Origin: Candidatus Omnitrophota bacterium
GTDB lineage: Bacteria > Omnitrophota > Gorgyraeia > Zapsychrales > JBAZNR01
Direction: 5' to 3'
Length of the DNA stretch: 64,000 bases
Assembly: GCA_041649175.1 (NCBI GenBank)
Contig: JBAZNR010000001.1
Coordinates: 450,332 to 514,331 of the forward strand
Part shown: piece by piece, positions 49,696 to 57,472 of the stretch
Layout of the letters: each line of letters starts with the position of its first letter
How positions within the stretch are numbered: the first letter of the stretch is position 1
Notes under the pieces: generated by a model
Told to the model about the DNA's origin: nothing
The model's database searches: none
The model's input: only the letters and a program-made list of their open reading frames with translations
Position numbers and translations under genes: made by a program

Positions 49696-50231
49696 AAAAA
49701 CCTAAAGAGATCATTTTAGGGGTTTGCGGAAGCATTGCCGCGTATAAAGCCGGCGATATCATTCGCCGCTTACAAGACCAGAATTGCCAGGTTACGGTGG
49801 TTATGACCAAAGAAGCTCAAAGATTTATTCCGGCTTTAACTTTGTCGGCACTCTCGGGGCGAAAAGTCTTGACGGATATGTTCGATGAAGACAGTTGGAA
49901 AATGAGCCACATTGCTTCAGGGCAAAAGGCTGATCTTTTTCTTATTGCCCCGGCAACGGCCAATGTGATCGGAAAATTATCCGCCGGAATCGCCGATGAT
50001 TTTTTAACCTGTTTGGCTTTAGCAACGCAAGCGAAGATCCTGATCGCTCCGGCGATGAATGATGTGATGTATAAAAATAAGATCGTTCAAGAGAATATTT
50101 CGAAATTAAAAAAAATGGGTGTTAGTTTTATTGAGCCCGTTAAAGGTAAATTAGCCTGCGGCACGACGGGCGAAGGGCATTTGGCGGAAGTGGACGATAT
50201 TGTTCGCTCGGTCGTTCGTTCTTTAAAATAG
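49692..50231 (+). CDS. coaC: Phosphopantothenoylcysteine decarboxylase (stand-alone CoaC flavoprotein domain)
   Basis: 179 aa. The motif 'ILGVCGSIAAYKAGDIIRRL…LSAL…' and a C-terminal 'GKLACG' are present. No CoaB (PPC synthetase) domain is fused. Confidence 0.8.
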   Translation: MKKPKEIILGVCGSIAAYKAGDIIRRLQDQNCQVTVVMTKEAQRFIPALTLSALSGRKVLTDMFDEDSWKMSHIASGQKADLFLIAPATANVIGKLSAGIADDFLTCLALATQAKILIAPAMNDVMYKNKIVQENISKLKKMGVSFIEPVKGKLACGTTGEGHLAEVDDIVRSVVRSLK

Positions 50232-50248
50232 AAGAGATATGAATATTT

Positions 50249-50320
50249 GGCGTGGTAGCCAAGTGGTAAGGCAGCAGTCTGCAAAACTGCTATGCACCGG
50301 TTCAAATCCGGTCCACGCCT
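50249..50320 (+). tRNA. tRNA-Cys (anticodon GCA)
   Basis: The sequence is GGCGTGGTAGCCAAGTGGTAAGGCAGCAGTCTGCAAAACTGCTATGCACCGGTTCAAATCCGGTCCACGCCT. It has a 3-bp D-stem and the U73 discriminator characteristic of tRNA-Cys, and the loop CTGCAAA. Confidence 0.85.
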
Positions 50321-50377
50321 CGAAATGAGCATATAATTTACGAAGCCTTGGCTTTGTAAATTATAAATGCGAATTTC

Positions 50378-50426
50378 GCCCCGCACCTTTGTATCGCTCA
50401 TTCTGAATAATTCAAAGGTGCGGGGC
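50378..50426. repeat. Long perfect inverted repeat / stem-loop (14-bp stem gccccgcacctttg…caaaggtgcggggc, 21-nt loop) in the tRNA-Cys/tRNA-Leu spacer
   Basis: Seen directly in the sequence. A second 15-bp stem (ataatttacgaagcc/ggctttgtaaattat, with a G·U pair) lies at 50332-50366. Confidence 0.6.
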
Positions 50427-50480
50427 CCAATTCATACGTAAATTTATGTTCGCTGTTGCTCCATAAATTTAGTACTCATT

Positions 50481-50563
50481 GGGCAAGTGGTGGAATGGCA
50501 TACACGAAGGACTTAAAATCCTTTGGCCGTAAGGCTGTGAGGGTTCGACTCCCTCCTTGCCCA
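50481..50563 (+). tRNA. tRNA-Leu (anticodon TAA)
   Basis: The sequence is GGGCAAGTGGTGGAATGGCATACACGAAGGACTTAAAATCCTTTGGCCGTAAGGCTGTGAGGGTTCGACTCCCTCCTTGCCCA. It has a long variable arm, the loop CTTAAAA, and discriminator A73. Confidence 0.85.
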
Positions 50564-50612
50564 TTTGTGTTATTTCATTAATATCTAATATCAGAGAAAT
50601 AACACAAATGGG
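50560..50612. repeat. 17-bp perfect inverted repeat (cccatttgtgttatttc…gaaataacacaaatggg) whose left arm begins inside the 3' end of tRNA-Leu
   Basis: Seen directly in the sequence. The loop is 19 nt (attaatatctaatatcaga), and no T-run follows it. Confidence 0.6.
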
Positions 50613-50743
50613 TCCTAAGCCATAAGCGCAAGCGAATGGCGCAGGACGAAAAATATGGTGGGCCTAACGAGGCTCCGTCCGAGCTAGGGCAGATTTAAAA
50701 CCAAATAGCCGATAAGGCTATTTCAAAATAAAAGGAGAAGTAA

Positions 50744-51358
50744 ATGTCTCAAGGTATTCGTTATGCGGTCATAACACTATTTTTTTGTGGGATTATTTTT
50801 GTTGGACAGGGATATGCCCAAGACCAGGCGGCACCGGCTAAAACAGAACAAGAATTAATGATGGAAAAATGGCAGCAATTTTCAACGCCAAATGAAAACC
50901 ATAAAAATTTAGATTTTCTTGCCGGAGAATGGACCTATACGATGAAATGGTGGCAAAGCGCGGATACTACACCGGAAGAATCAACCGGGACGACCAGCAG
51001 CCGTTGGATTTTAGGCGGACGTTTTGTCCAATCGGATGTTAAAGGGGAGTCGATGGGCCAGCCTTTTGAGGGAATTAATATTATAGGTTATAATAATTTA
51101 AGTAAAGAATACAACTCGATCTGGATCGATAATATGTCAACGGCTGTGATGGCGACCACCAGCCAATATGACCCGGCAACAAAAACATTTACCGAACAAG
51201 GAAGTGTTTCTTGCCCAATGACCGGCGAAACAAATCGCGCGGTGCGCGGAATTTCAAAGATCATGGATGCCGATCATTATAGTTATGAAATGTTCATGAA
51301 CGGCCTCGACGGAAAAGAATATAAAACGATGGAGCTCATTTATTCACGAGTTAAGTAA
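50744..51358 (+). CDS. Secreted hypothetical protein (DUF1579-like, tentative)
   Basis: 204 aa. It has a signal peptide and SD AAAGGAGAAG. The Trp/Gly-rich pattern (…LAGEWTYTMKWW…WILGGRFVQSDVKG…) is reminiscent of DUF1579, but this is not certain. Confidence 0.55.
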   Translation: MSQGIRYAVITLFFCGIIFVGQGYAQDQAAPAKTEQELMMEKWQQFSTPNENHKNLDFLAGEWTYTMKWWQSADTTPEESTGTTSSRWILGGRFVQSDVKGESMGQPFEGINIIGYNNLSKEYNSIWIDNMSTAVMATTSQYDPATKTFTEQGSVSCPMTGETNRAVRGISKIMDADHYSYEMFMNGLDGKEYKTMELIYSRVK

Positions 51359-51392
51359 ATACATTGGTTATTTGATTTAATTTGGTTTATGT

Positions 51393-51469
51393 GGACTCAT
51401 AGCTCAGTTGGTTAGAGCGCTTCCTTGACATGGAAGAGGTCGGAGGTTCGAGCCCCCCTGAGTCCACCA
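51393..51469 (+). tRNA. tRNA-Val (anticodon GAC), CCA encoded
   Basis: The sequence is GGACTCATAGCTCAGTTGGTTAGAGCGCTTCCTTGACATGGAAGAGGTCGGAGGTTCGAGCCCCCCTGAGTCCACCA. It has the anticodon loop TTGACAT. One A·C mismatch in the T-stem lowers confidence slightly. Confidence 0.8.
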
Positions 51470-51497
51470 TATTTTATTTTAGGGTCCTTAAAGAAAC

Positions 51498-53228
51498 ATG
51501 GAATACAAAACAGACATTGATAAACTTCGTCACAGTTGTTCGCATGTGATGGCGCAGGCGGTTCAGGAACTTTGGCCGGAAACCAAAGTGACCATTGGCC
51601 CGGCTATCGACAATGGGTTTTATTATGATTTTGACCGCAAAGAGCCCTTTACGCCGGAAGATTTGAAAACAATAGAATCCAGAATGCGCAGAATTATCCA
51701 AGGCAAACCGGTTTTTGTCCAAAGTTTCATGCCGAAAAAAGATGCCATTGATTTGTTCTCCAAGATGAAAGAAACCTATAAAGTAGAACTTATCCAGGGA
51801 ATCCCTGACGAGAAAGTCTCCATCTTTAAAACAGGTGACGCGTGGATGGATCTATGCAAGGGTCCGCATGTTGATAATGCCGGCGAGATCAAAGCCTTCA
51901 AGTTACTATCGGTGGCTGGAGCCTATTGGCATGGCGATGAAAAAAATCCTATGCTGCAGCGCATTTACGGAACTTGTTTTCCGACGGAAAAAGAACTTAA
52001 AGAATATCTTCAATTATTGGAAGAAGCTAAAAACCGCGATCATAGAAAATTAGGGATTCAGCTTGATCTTTTCAATGTGTATCATGAAACCGCCGGAGCG
52101 GGGCTAATTTTTTATCATCCCAATGGCGCGATGTTACGCAAAATTATCGAAGATTATGTCCGCGCGCAGCATATGAAACACGGATATGATTTTGTTTCAA
52201 CGCCTCATATTTTAAAAGGAAAGCTTTGGGAACAAAGCGGCCACGCCGAGTATTATCGCGAGAACATGTATTATTTTAAGACGGAAAATGAAGAATATGC
52301 CGTCAAGCCGATGAACTGCCCGGGGCATATGTTGATCTACAAATCTAAGATCCGTTCTTATCGCGATCTTCCGGTACGTTTTTTTGAATTAGGAACTGTT
52401 TATCGTCAAGAAAAAGCCGGTGTTTTGCACGGGCTGCTTCGCGTGCGCGGATTTACCCAAGATGATGCGCATATTTTTTGCCGTCCGGATCAAGTTAAAG
52501 CGGAAGTCATCAATGTCGTTGATTTTGTTTTTGAAACAATGAATGATTTTGGATTTAAAGATATGGATATTGAAGTGAGCACTCGTCCGGCGAAATTTAT
52601 TGGAACCGAAGAAAACTGGAATACAGCCACCCAAGCTTTGGAAGAATCTTTAAAGGAAAGAAAATTATCTTATAAAATTAATGAAGGCGATGGGGCATTT
52701 TACGGTCCAAAGATCGACATAAAGCTTAAAGACGCCCTCGGGCGTCAATGGCAATGCGCGACCATTCAGTGTGATTTCGCTTTACCCGAGCGTTTTGAAT
52801 TGGAATACGTTGATGAAACCGGAAAAGCCGTACGCCCCATTATGCTTCACCGTGCTATTTTAGGAAGTTTGGAGAGATTTATCGGAACCTTAATAGAACA
52901 TTATGCCGGAGCATTTCCTTTATGGCTTGCTCCGGTTCAAATAGCGATCATTCCTATTAGCGAGAGCCATCACGATTACGGCGTAAAAGTAAAAGAGGAT
53001 TTACAGAAAGAAGGATTTAGGGTTATAATTGACCAAAGCCACGAGACGCTCAACAAGCGTATTCGCGAAGCGACGACTAAAAAAGTTCCGTATGTTCTGA
53101 TCGTCGGCGACAAAGAAGCCTCTTCCGGAAAAGTGGCGGTTAGAAAACGCGTTGTTGGCGACGAGGGAAGCGTTGACCTAAAAGAGTTTATTGTTAGATT
53201 AAAAAAGGAAGAGGAAGAAAAAATATAA
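51498..53228 (+). CDS. thrS: Threonine--tRNA ligase (lacking the N-terminal TGS domain)
   Basis: 576 aa. It begins in the editing/second additional domain (…HSCSHVMAQAVQELWPETKVTIGPAIDNGFYYDFD…), then has class II motifs and a C-terminal anticodon-binding domain. Confidence 0.95.
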   Translation: MEYKTDIDKLRHSCSHVMAQAVQELWPETKVTIGPAIDNGFYYDFDRKEPFTPEDLKTIESRMRRIIQGKPVFVQSFMPKKDAIDLFSKMKETYKVELIQGIPDEKVSIFKTGDAWMDLCKGPHVDNAGEIKAFKLLSVAGAYWHGDEKNPMLQRIYGTCFPTEKELKEYLQLLEEAKNRDHRKLGIQLDLFNVYHETAGAGLIFYHPNGAMLRKIIEDYVRAQHMKHGYDFVSTPHILKGKLWEQSGHAEYYRENMYYFKTENEEYAVKPMNCPGHMLIYKSKIRSYRDLPVRFFELGTVYRQEKAGVLHGLLRVRGFTQDDAHIFCRPDQVKAEVINVVDFVFETMNDFGFKDMDIEVSTRPAKFIGTEENWNTATQALEESLKERKLSYKINEGDGAFYGPKIDIKLKDALGRQWQCATIQCDFALPERFELEYVDETGKAVRPIMLHRAILGSLERFIGTLIEHYAGAFPLWLAPVQIAIIPISESHHDYGVKVKEDLQKEGFRVIIDQSHETLNKRIREATTKKVPYVLIVGDKEASSGKVAVRKRVVGDEGSVDLKEFIVRLKKEEEEKI

Positions 53229-53313
53229 ACCAAGTTGTTGCCCAGCACTAATTTAGCAAAGTTAAATTAGTGCTGGGTTAACTCGTCCCGATTATTCGGG
53301 ACTCGTTAAGGAG

Positions 53314-53838
53314 GTGGTTCGTATACAAAAGTATATTCGCGTCAACGAAAGAATCAGAGTTCCCGAAGTTCGCGTTATCGGTCCTAATGCCGAACAATTA
53401 GGCGTTGTGATGATCCAGCGCGCGCTGGAGTTGGCCAGCCAGCACAGCCTTGATTTAGTTGAGGTTGCTCCGACGGCAAAACCGCCGGTGTGTCGTATCA
53501 TGGATTTCAGTAAATACAAATATGACCAAGAGAAAAAAGAGCGGCGTGTTAAAAGAAGTCAAAAGATTTCTCATCTAAAAGAAATTCGCGTTAAGCCTCA
53601 TATTGAGGAAAACGATTATCAGGTGAAATTAAAACAGGCCATCGCGTTTTTAAATAAGAAAGATAAAGTCAAAGTGAATTTATTTTTCCGCGGACGCGAA
53701 ATGGCTTTTCAAGATCTGGGTAGGCGGATCGTCGACCGATTCACCAATGACTTGATGCCCCACGGCCAGATCGAAAAGGGTGCGATGATGGAAGGGCGTA
53801 TTATGAGTGTTGTGATCGCGCCTAAGGCGGATAAATAA
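53314..53838 (+). CDS. infC: Translation initiation factor IF-3 (non-AUG start)
   Basis: The sequence '…IRVPEVRVIGPNAEQLGVV…PPVCRIMDFSKYKYDQEKK' is present. The frame opens at GTG 53314, which overlaps the SD AAGGAGG. An ATA codon at 53323 sits 8 nt after the SD and is a plausible atypical start, as in the autoregulated infC genes of other bacteria. Confidence 0.9.
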   Translation: MVRIQKYIRVNERIRVPEVRVIGPNAEQLGVVMIQRALELASQHSLDLVEVAPTAKPPVCRIMDFSKYKYDQEKKERRVKRSQKISHLKEIRVKPHIEENDYQVKLKQAIAFLNKKDKVKVNLFFRGREMAFQDLGRRIVDRFTNDLMPHGQIEKGAMMEGRIMSVVIAPKADK

Positions 53839-53905
53839 CAAAATGTTTTAGCAGTATTGTTTTTAGGTCGCAGTTTGTAGTTTTTAAATAAAAGAAAGGG
53901 GCAAC

Positions 53906-54103
53906 ATGCCGAAATTAAAGACAAATCGTTCGGCCGCTAAACGGTTTCGATTTACCAAAAAAGGGAAGATCAAGCACCGCAAAGCCGGCCGCGGCCACAT
54001 CTTAGGTGGCAAAACCAGAAAGCGCAAACGCAATTTACGCCAAACAGGCTATATTGCCGGCGTCGATCATCAAAATATTAGGAGGTTACTTCCTTATGGT
54101 TAG
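53906..54103 (+). CDS. rpmI: 50S ribosomal protein L35
   Basis: 65 aa: [28 protein letters not shown]…. Confidence 0.9.
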   Translation: MPKLKTNRSAAKRFRFTKKGKIKHRKAGRGHILGGKTRKRKRNLRQTGYIAGVDHQNIRRLLPYG

Positions 54104-54446
54104 AATTAAACACGCTGTCTCGGCGCGCAGAAAAAAGAAGCGTCTTTTAAAGAAGGCGGCCGGTCAGTTTGGGCATCGTAGCCGTCGTTATTCCCAAGCC
54201 AAAAGATCACTGCTTAAAAGCATGTCTTATGCTTATCGCGATCGCAAAAATAGAAAACGAGCATTCAAAAGCCTTTGGGTTGTCCGCCTTAACGCGGCTT
54301 GCCGTGCGGCCGGAACAAATTATAGCCGGTTCATCAAAGGTCTTAAGACTGCCAAGATCACCATTGATCGAAAAATATTAGCTGACTTAGCGGTTAATTC
54401 TCCGGAAATACTTACAAAACTCATTGATATTTCAAAAGCAAAATAG
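54096..54446 (+). CDS. rplT: 50S ribosomal protein L20
   Basis: The sequence [32 protein letters not shown]… is present. The ATG at 54096 has SD GGAGG and overlaps the rpmI end by 8 nt. The ORF-track N-extension is spurious. Confidence 0.9.
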   Translation: MVRIKHAVSARRKKKRLLKKAAGQFGHRSRRYSQAKRSLLKSMSYAYRDRKNRKRAFKSLWVVRLNAACRAAGTNYSRFIKGLKTAKITIDRKILADLAVNSPEILTKLIDISKAK

Positions 54447-54489
54447 TTTTCGTTTGTTTGGGGAAAGCAATATCAGCAAATATGGAGAG

Positions 54490-54538
54490 CCGGGAAAATA
54501 TTTTCGTTAAATTAGTAAGATATTTTCCCGGCTTTTTA
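54490..54538 (+). terminator. Rho-independent terminator after rplT
   Basis: The 13-bp stem gccgggaaaatat…atattttcccggc is followed by ttttt. Confidence 0.6.
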
Positions 54539-54560
54539 AAAGCCTTAAACGAATTTAAAT

Positions 54561-55604
54561 ATGAATTTGGATTTCAATACTATTGAATTAACAGCCGCCA
54601 ATGAAATAAAGGCGGCTTTACATCAAAAAGACTTAGAAGCACTGCGCATAAAATATTTGGGCCGCAAGGGTTTGATTGCCGAGATCTATGCCAGTCTTCC
54701 CGATCTTTCTGCCGAACAGAAGCCTTCCGTCGGAAAAAATGCCAATGAACTCAAGAATAAGATTGCGCAACTTTTGGAAGAACAAAATGAAGTTTTGAAA
54801 AAATTACCGGGTGCTTTCGGTTCTTCAAAAGAAACCGTAGATATGACAATTCCCGGAGTGGCTATTGCTCCCGGAAAGGCGCATATCTTAACGCAAACCA
54901 TGAATGATATTTGCTCTACTTTCGAAAAGCTTGGGTTTGCGGTCATGGAAGGGCCGGAAATTGAAACCGAATTTAATAATTTTACCGCGTTAAATATTCC
55001 CGTTGATCATCCTTCCCGCGATGCTTTTGACACGTTTTATTTAGACCTCAAAGATGATATAAAGAAAGACCGATTCAAATTGTTGCGCAGTCATACCTCT
55101 CCGGCGCAAATCCGGGTGATGGAACAATTTTCTCCGCCGCTAGCGGTTGTGGTTCCGGGGAAAGTTTATCGTCCCGACGCGGTCGATGCCAGTCATTCGT
55201 TCATGTTCCACCAGGTCGAAGGGCTTTTGGTCGATAGGGATGTTAAATTTTCCGATCTTAAAGGGCTTTTAGAAGCCTTTGCGAAAAAATTCTTCGGGGA
55301 AAAAATCAAGATGCGTTTTCGTCCGCATTTTTTTCCTTTCACCGAGCCTTCCGCCGAAGTGGATATCTCTTGTTATCTCTGCGATGGAAAAGGGTGCTCT
55401 GTTTGCGGTAAAAAAGGGTGGCTGGAGATCTTAGGATGCGGCATGGTCAATCCAAAAGTGTTTGAAGCCGTTGGGTATCCTAAAGATAAGTATACCGGCC
55501 TGGCCTTTGGGATGGGCGTTGAGCGCATTGCTATGCTTAAATACGGCATTGACGATATTCGGTTGTTTTTTGAGAATGATGTGAGATTTTTAAAACAGTT
55601 TTGA
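54561..55604 (+). CDS. pheS: Phenylalanine--tRNA ligase alpha subunit
   Basis: 347 aa with class II motifs (…FRPHFFPFTEPSAEVD…GWLEILGCGMV…). Confidence 0.95.
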   Translation: MNLDFNTIELTAANEIKAALHQKDLEALRIKYLGRKGLIAEIYASLPDLSAEQKPSVGKNANELKNKIAQLLEEQNEVLKKLPGAFGSSKETVDMTIPGVAIAPGKAHILTQTMNDICSTFEKLGFAVMEGPEIETEFNNFTALNIPVDHPSRDAFDTFYLDLKDDIKKDRFKLLRSHTSPAQIRVMEQFSPPLAVVVPGKVYRPDAVDASHSFMFHQVEGLLVDRDVKFSDLKGLLEAFAKKFFGEKIKMRFRPHFFPFTEPSAEVDISCYLCDGKGCSVCGKKGWLEILGCGMVNPKVFEAVGYPKDKYTGLAFGMGVERIAMLKYGIDDIRLFFENDVRFLKQF

Positions 55605-55780
55605 TGATGGCGCTTCAAAAAACCGCTTTCCTAGAAAAGCTATCCTTACGTTGAGTCCTCCCTCTTTTTATAATATACTTATACTATAGTCGCGCCTGTT
55701 CTTTTGAAGAAAGCGCTGGCGCGTATCATAAAGCTAAAAAGCTACCGAAATATTAATGTATTTCTGGGAGGGGTTTGTTC

Positions 55781-57421
55781 ATGCGTAGACTTCATTTATT
55801 GGTGCTTATATTTCTCGTCTCGATTTTGCCTGCGATCGTTTCCGCTCAAAATTCTGAAACAATTTCTCTAACGACCTATTACCCCGCGCCGTTTGGGGTT
55901 TATGACCGTATGCAAATAACACCGCATAATCCGGCGGTAGCTTTGCCGGCGTGTACCAATGCTATTCGTGGAATGATGTTTTATGATGATGCCAATAATG
56001 TGGTGGTTGTCTGCCAGGGGACAGGCCCCAGCTGGTCGAGTTTAGGGTCGCAGTGGACACAAGTCGGAAATAATTTATATCCGACGAATATTAATTCTTT
56101 AGTCGGGATTGGGACAGCAACGCCAACCGCCAGGCTGCACGTTCACGGATCGGTGACTGCGGGTAATGATGCTGTGTATTTGTACAACGCATTTGGCGGC
56201 GGTGGAGGAAGGACATTGAGAGTAGCAAACAACACCGGTAATGTTAGCCCCTTAGCTTCTTTTGAAAATTCCGGCGTTGGCCCGACGGCAACTTTTACCG
56301 GAGGGCGCGTTGGTATTGGAACTAATGCTCCCGACAGCGATACTTTATTGCATGTTGAAAATGGTTCAATTTTATTTAACGGCACAACAGGAAATACTCC
56401 TGTTTCCGGCGCTGGAACAAGGTTTATGTGGATCCCTTCTAAGGGGGCGCTTCGCGCGGGAAGTGTTGGTGGCGCTCAATGGGATGATGCTAATGTTGGA
56501 CTTTATTCTGTTGCTCTTGGTTCCGGCACCATAACGGCCAGCAATACCAATAGCATTGCCTTAAGTCATAATTCGTCCGCAACTGGTTTGCGGGCCATTG
56601 CTATGGGTGAAAGCAGTCAAGCGACAGGGACAAACGCTGTTGCCATAGGTCCCGGAGCGATCGCGACCGGAACCACATCTTTGGCTTTAGGGACGCATAT
56701 CAACTCTGTCGGATCAAATTCCGTAACGATCGGCAAAGGCCTTAGCGCCGCTAATCGCATTACCAATGCAACCAATAATTCTTTAGCTATAGGATTTGAT
56801 TCTAATATTCCGACGATGTTTGTCGGCCCGGCATCGGGAGCCGGAACAACCGGTGATGTTGGTGTAGGTACGGCAAGTCCTCAGGAGAAACTGCATGTTT
56901 CCGGCGGCAATCTTAAAGTCTCCGGTGGAGGGAATTTTGGGGATGATGTTATTGTTGATGGCGGGTTAGTGTGGACATCTCAAAATGACGGCAGCGGTTC
57001 CGGATTAGATGCCGACAGGATCGAAGGCAGAGATTTCTACATCAGAAATACAAATCCACCCGCTGGACCGGCACAGCTTTGTTTTAATGTTGCCGCAACG
57101 GAAAATTGCTCTACACAAACAAGATATTGTAATGGATTTGATGACTTGGGGCCGTTTAACGTCGGTTGTAAACCGGATAATTGGTGTGATGCGCAGTGCC
57201 GCGCGATTTATCCAACACCGCAATCTTTAGCTTCATGTAACGGCAATACAACCTCTTGTGTCGGTGGGACGACAAATACGGGAGTTGGAACTGTAGAAGG
57301 AAGCAGTGAATGTCTAGGGGCTGTTACATCGTGCACATGTTCTTTATCTAATTCAACGTATCAACAAGAATTAGCTAGTTTTGATTCGGGTGTTTGGTGT
57401 GCGAATATTGTTAAGCAGTAA
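55781..57421 (+). CDS. Secreted Gly/Thr/Asn-rich fibre-like (beta-helix/tail-fibre-like) protein, paralog 1, with Cys-rich C-terminus
   Basis: The ATG at 55781 has SD GGGAGGGG (the ORF track starts at a TTG 6 nt earlier). The signal peptide is …AIVSA|QNS. The conserved mature N-terminal module 'ETISLTTYYPAPFGVYDRMQITPHNPA' is followed by recurring 'VGIGTATPTARLHVHG'-type motifs, and then a C-terminal region with ~16 Cys. Confidence 0.75.
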   Translation: MRRLHLLVLIFLVSILPAIVSAQNSETISLTTYYPAPFGVYDRMQITPHNPAVALPACTNAIRGMMFYDDANNVVVVCQGTGPSWSSLGSQWTQVGNNLYPTNINSLVGIGTATPTARLHVHGSVTAGNDAVYLYNAFGGGGGRTLRVANNTGNVSPLASFENSGVGPTATFTGGRVGIGTNAPDSDTLLHVENGSILFNGTTGNTPVSGAGTRFMWIPSKGALRAGSVGGAQWDDANVGLYSVALGSGTITASNTNSIALSHNSSATGLRAIAMGESSQATGTNAVAIGPGAIATGTTSLALGTHINSVGSNSVTIGKGLSAANRITNATNNSLAIGFDSNIPTMFVGPASGAGTTGDVGVGTASPQEKLHVSGGNLKVSGGGNFGDDVIVDGGLVWTSQNDGSGSGLDADRIEGRDFYIRNTNPPAGPAQLCFNVAATENCSTQTRYCNGFDDLGPFNVGCKPDNWCDAQCRAIYPTPQSLASCNGNTTSCVGGTTNTGVGTVEGSSECLGAVTSCTCSLSNSTYQQELASFDSGVWCANIVKQ

Positions 57422-57472
57422 AGAGCAAAATAAATTTTTTAAAAAAGGAATTTCCCATAGGAGGATAAGACA

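Noticed and set aside
50087-50401. 104-aa minus-strand ORF spanning coaC 3' end, tRNA-Cys and the hairpin spacer
   Set aside because: It overlaps a tRNA gene and a structured non-coding spacer. It shows no coding features.
50249-51469. Possibility that the tRNA cluster marks an integrated genomic island or prophage
   Set aside because: No integrase, transposase or phage genes are present, and there is no direct repeat of a tRNA 3' end. The flanking genes are core housekeeping genes (rpoZ, coaC, thrS). Only the unusual hairpins remain unexplained, and these are reported separately.
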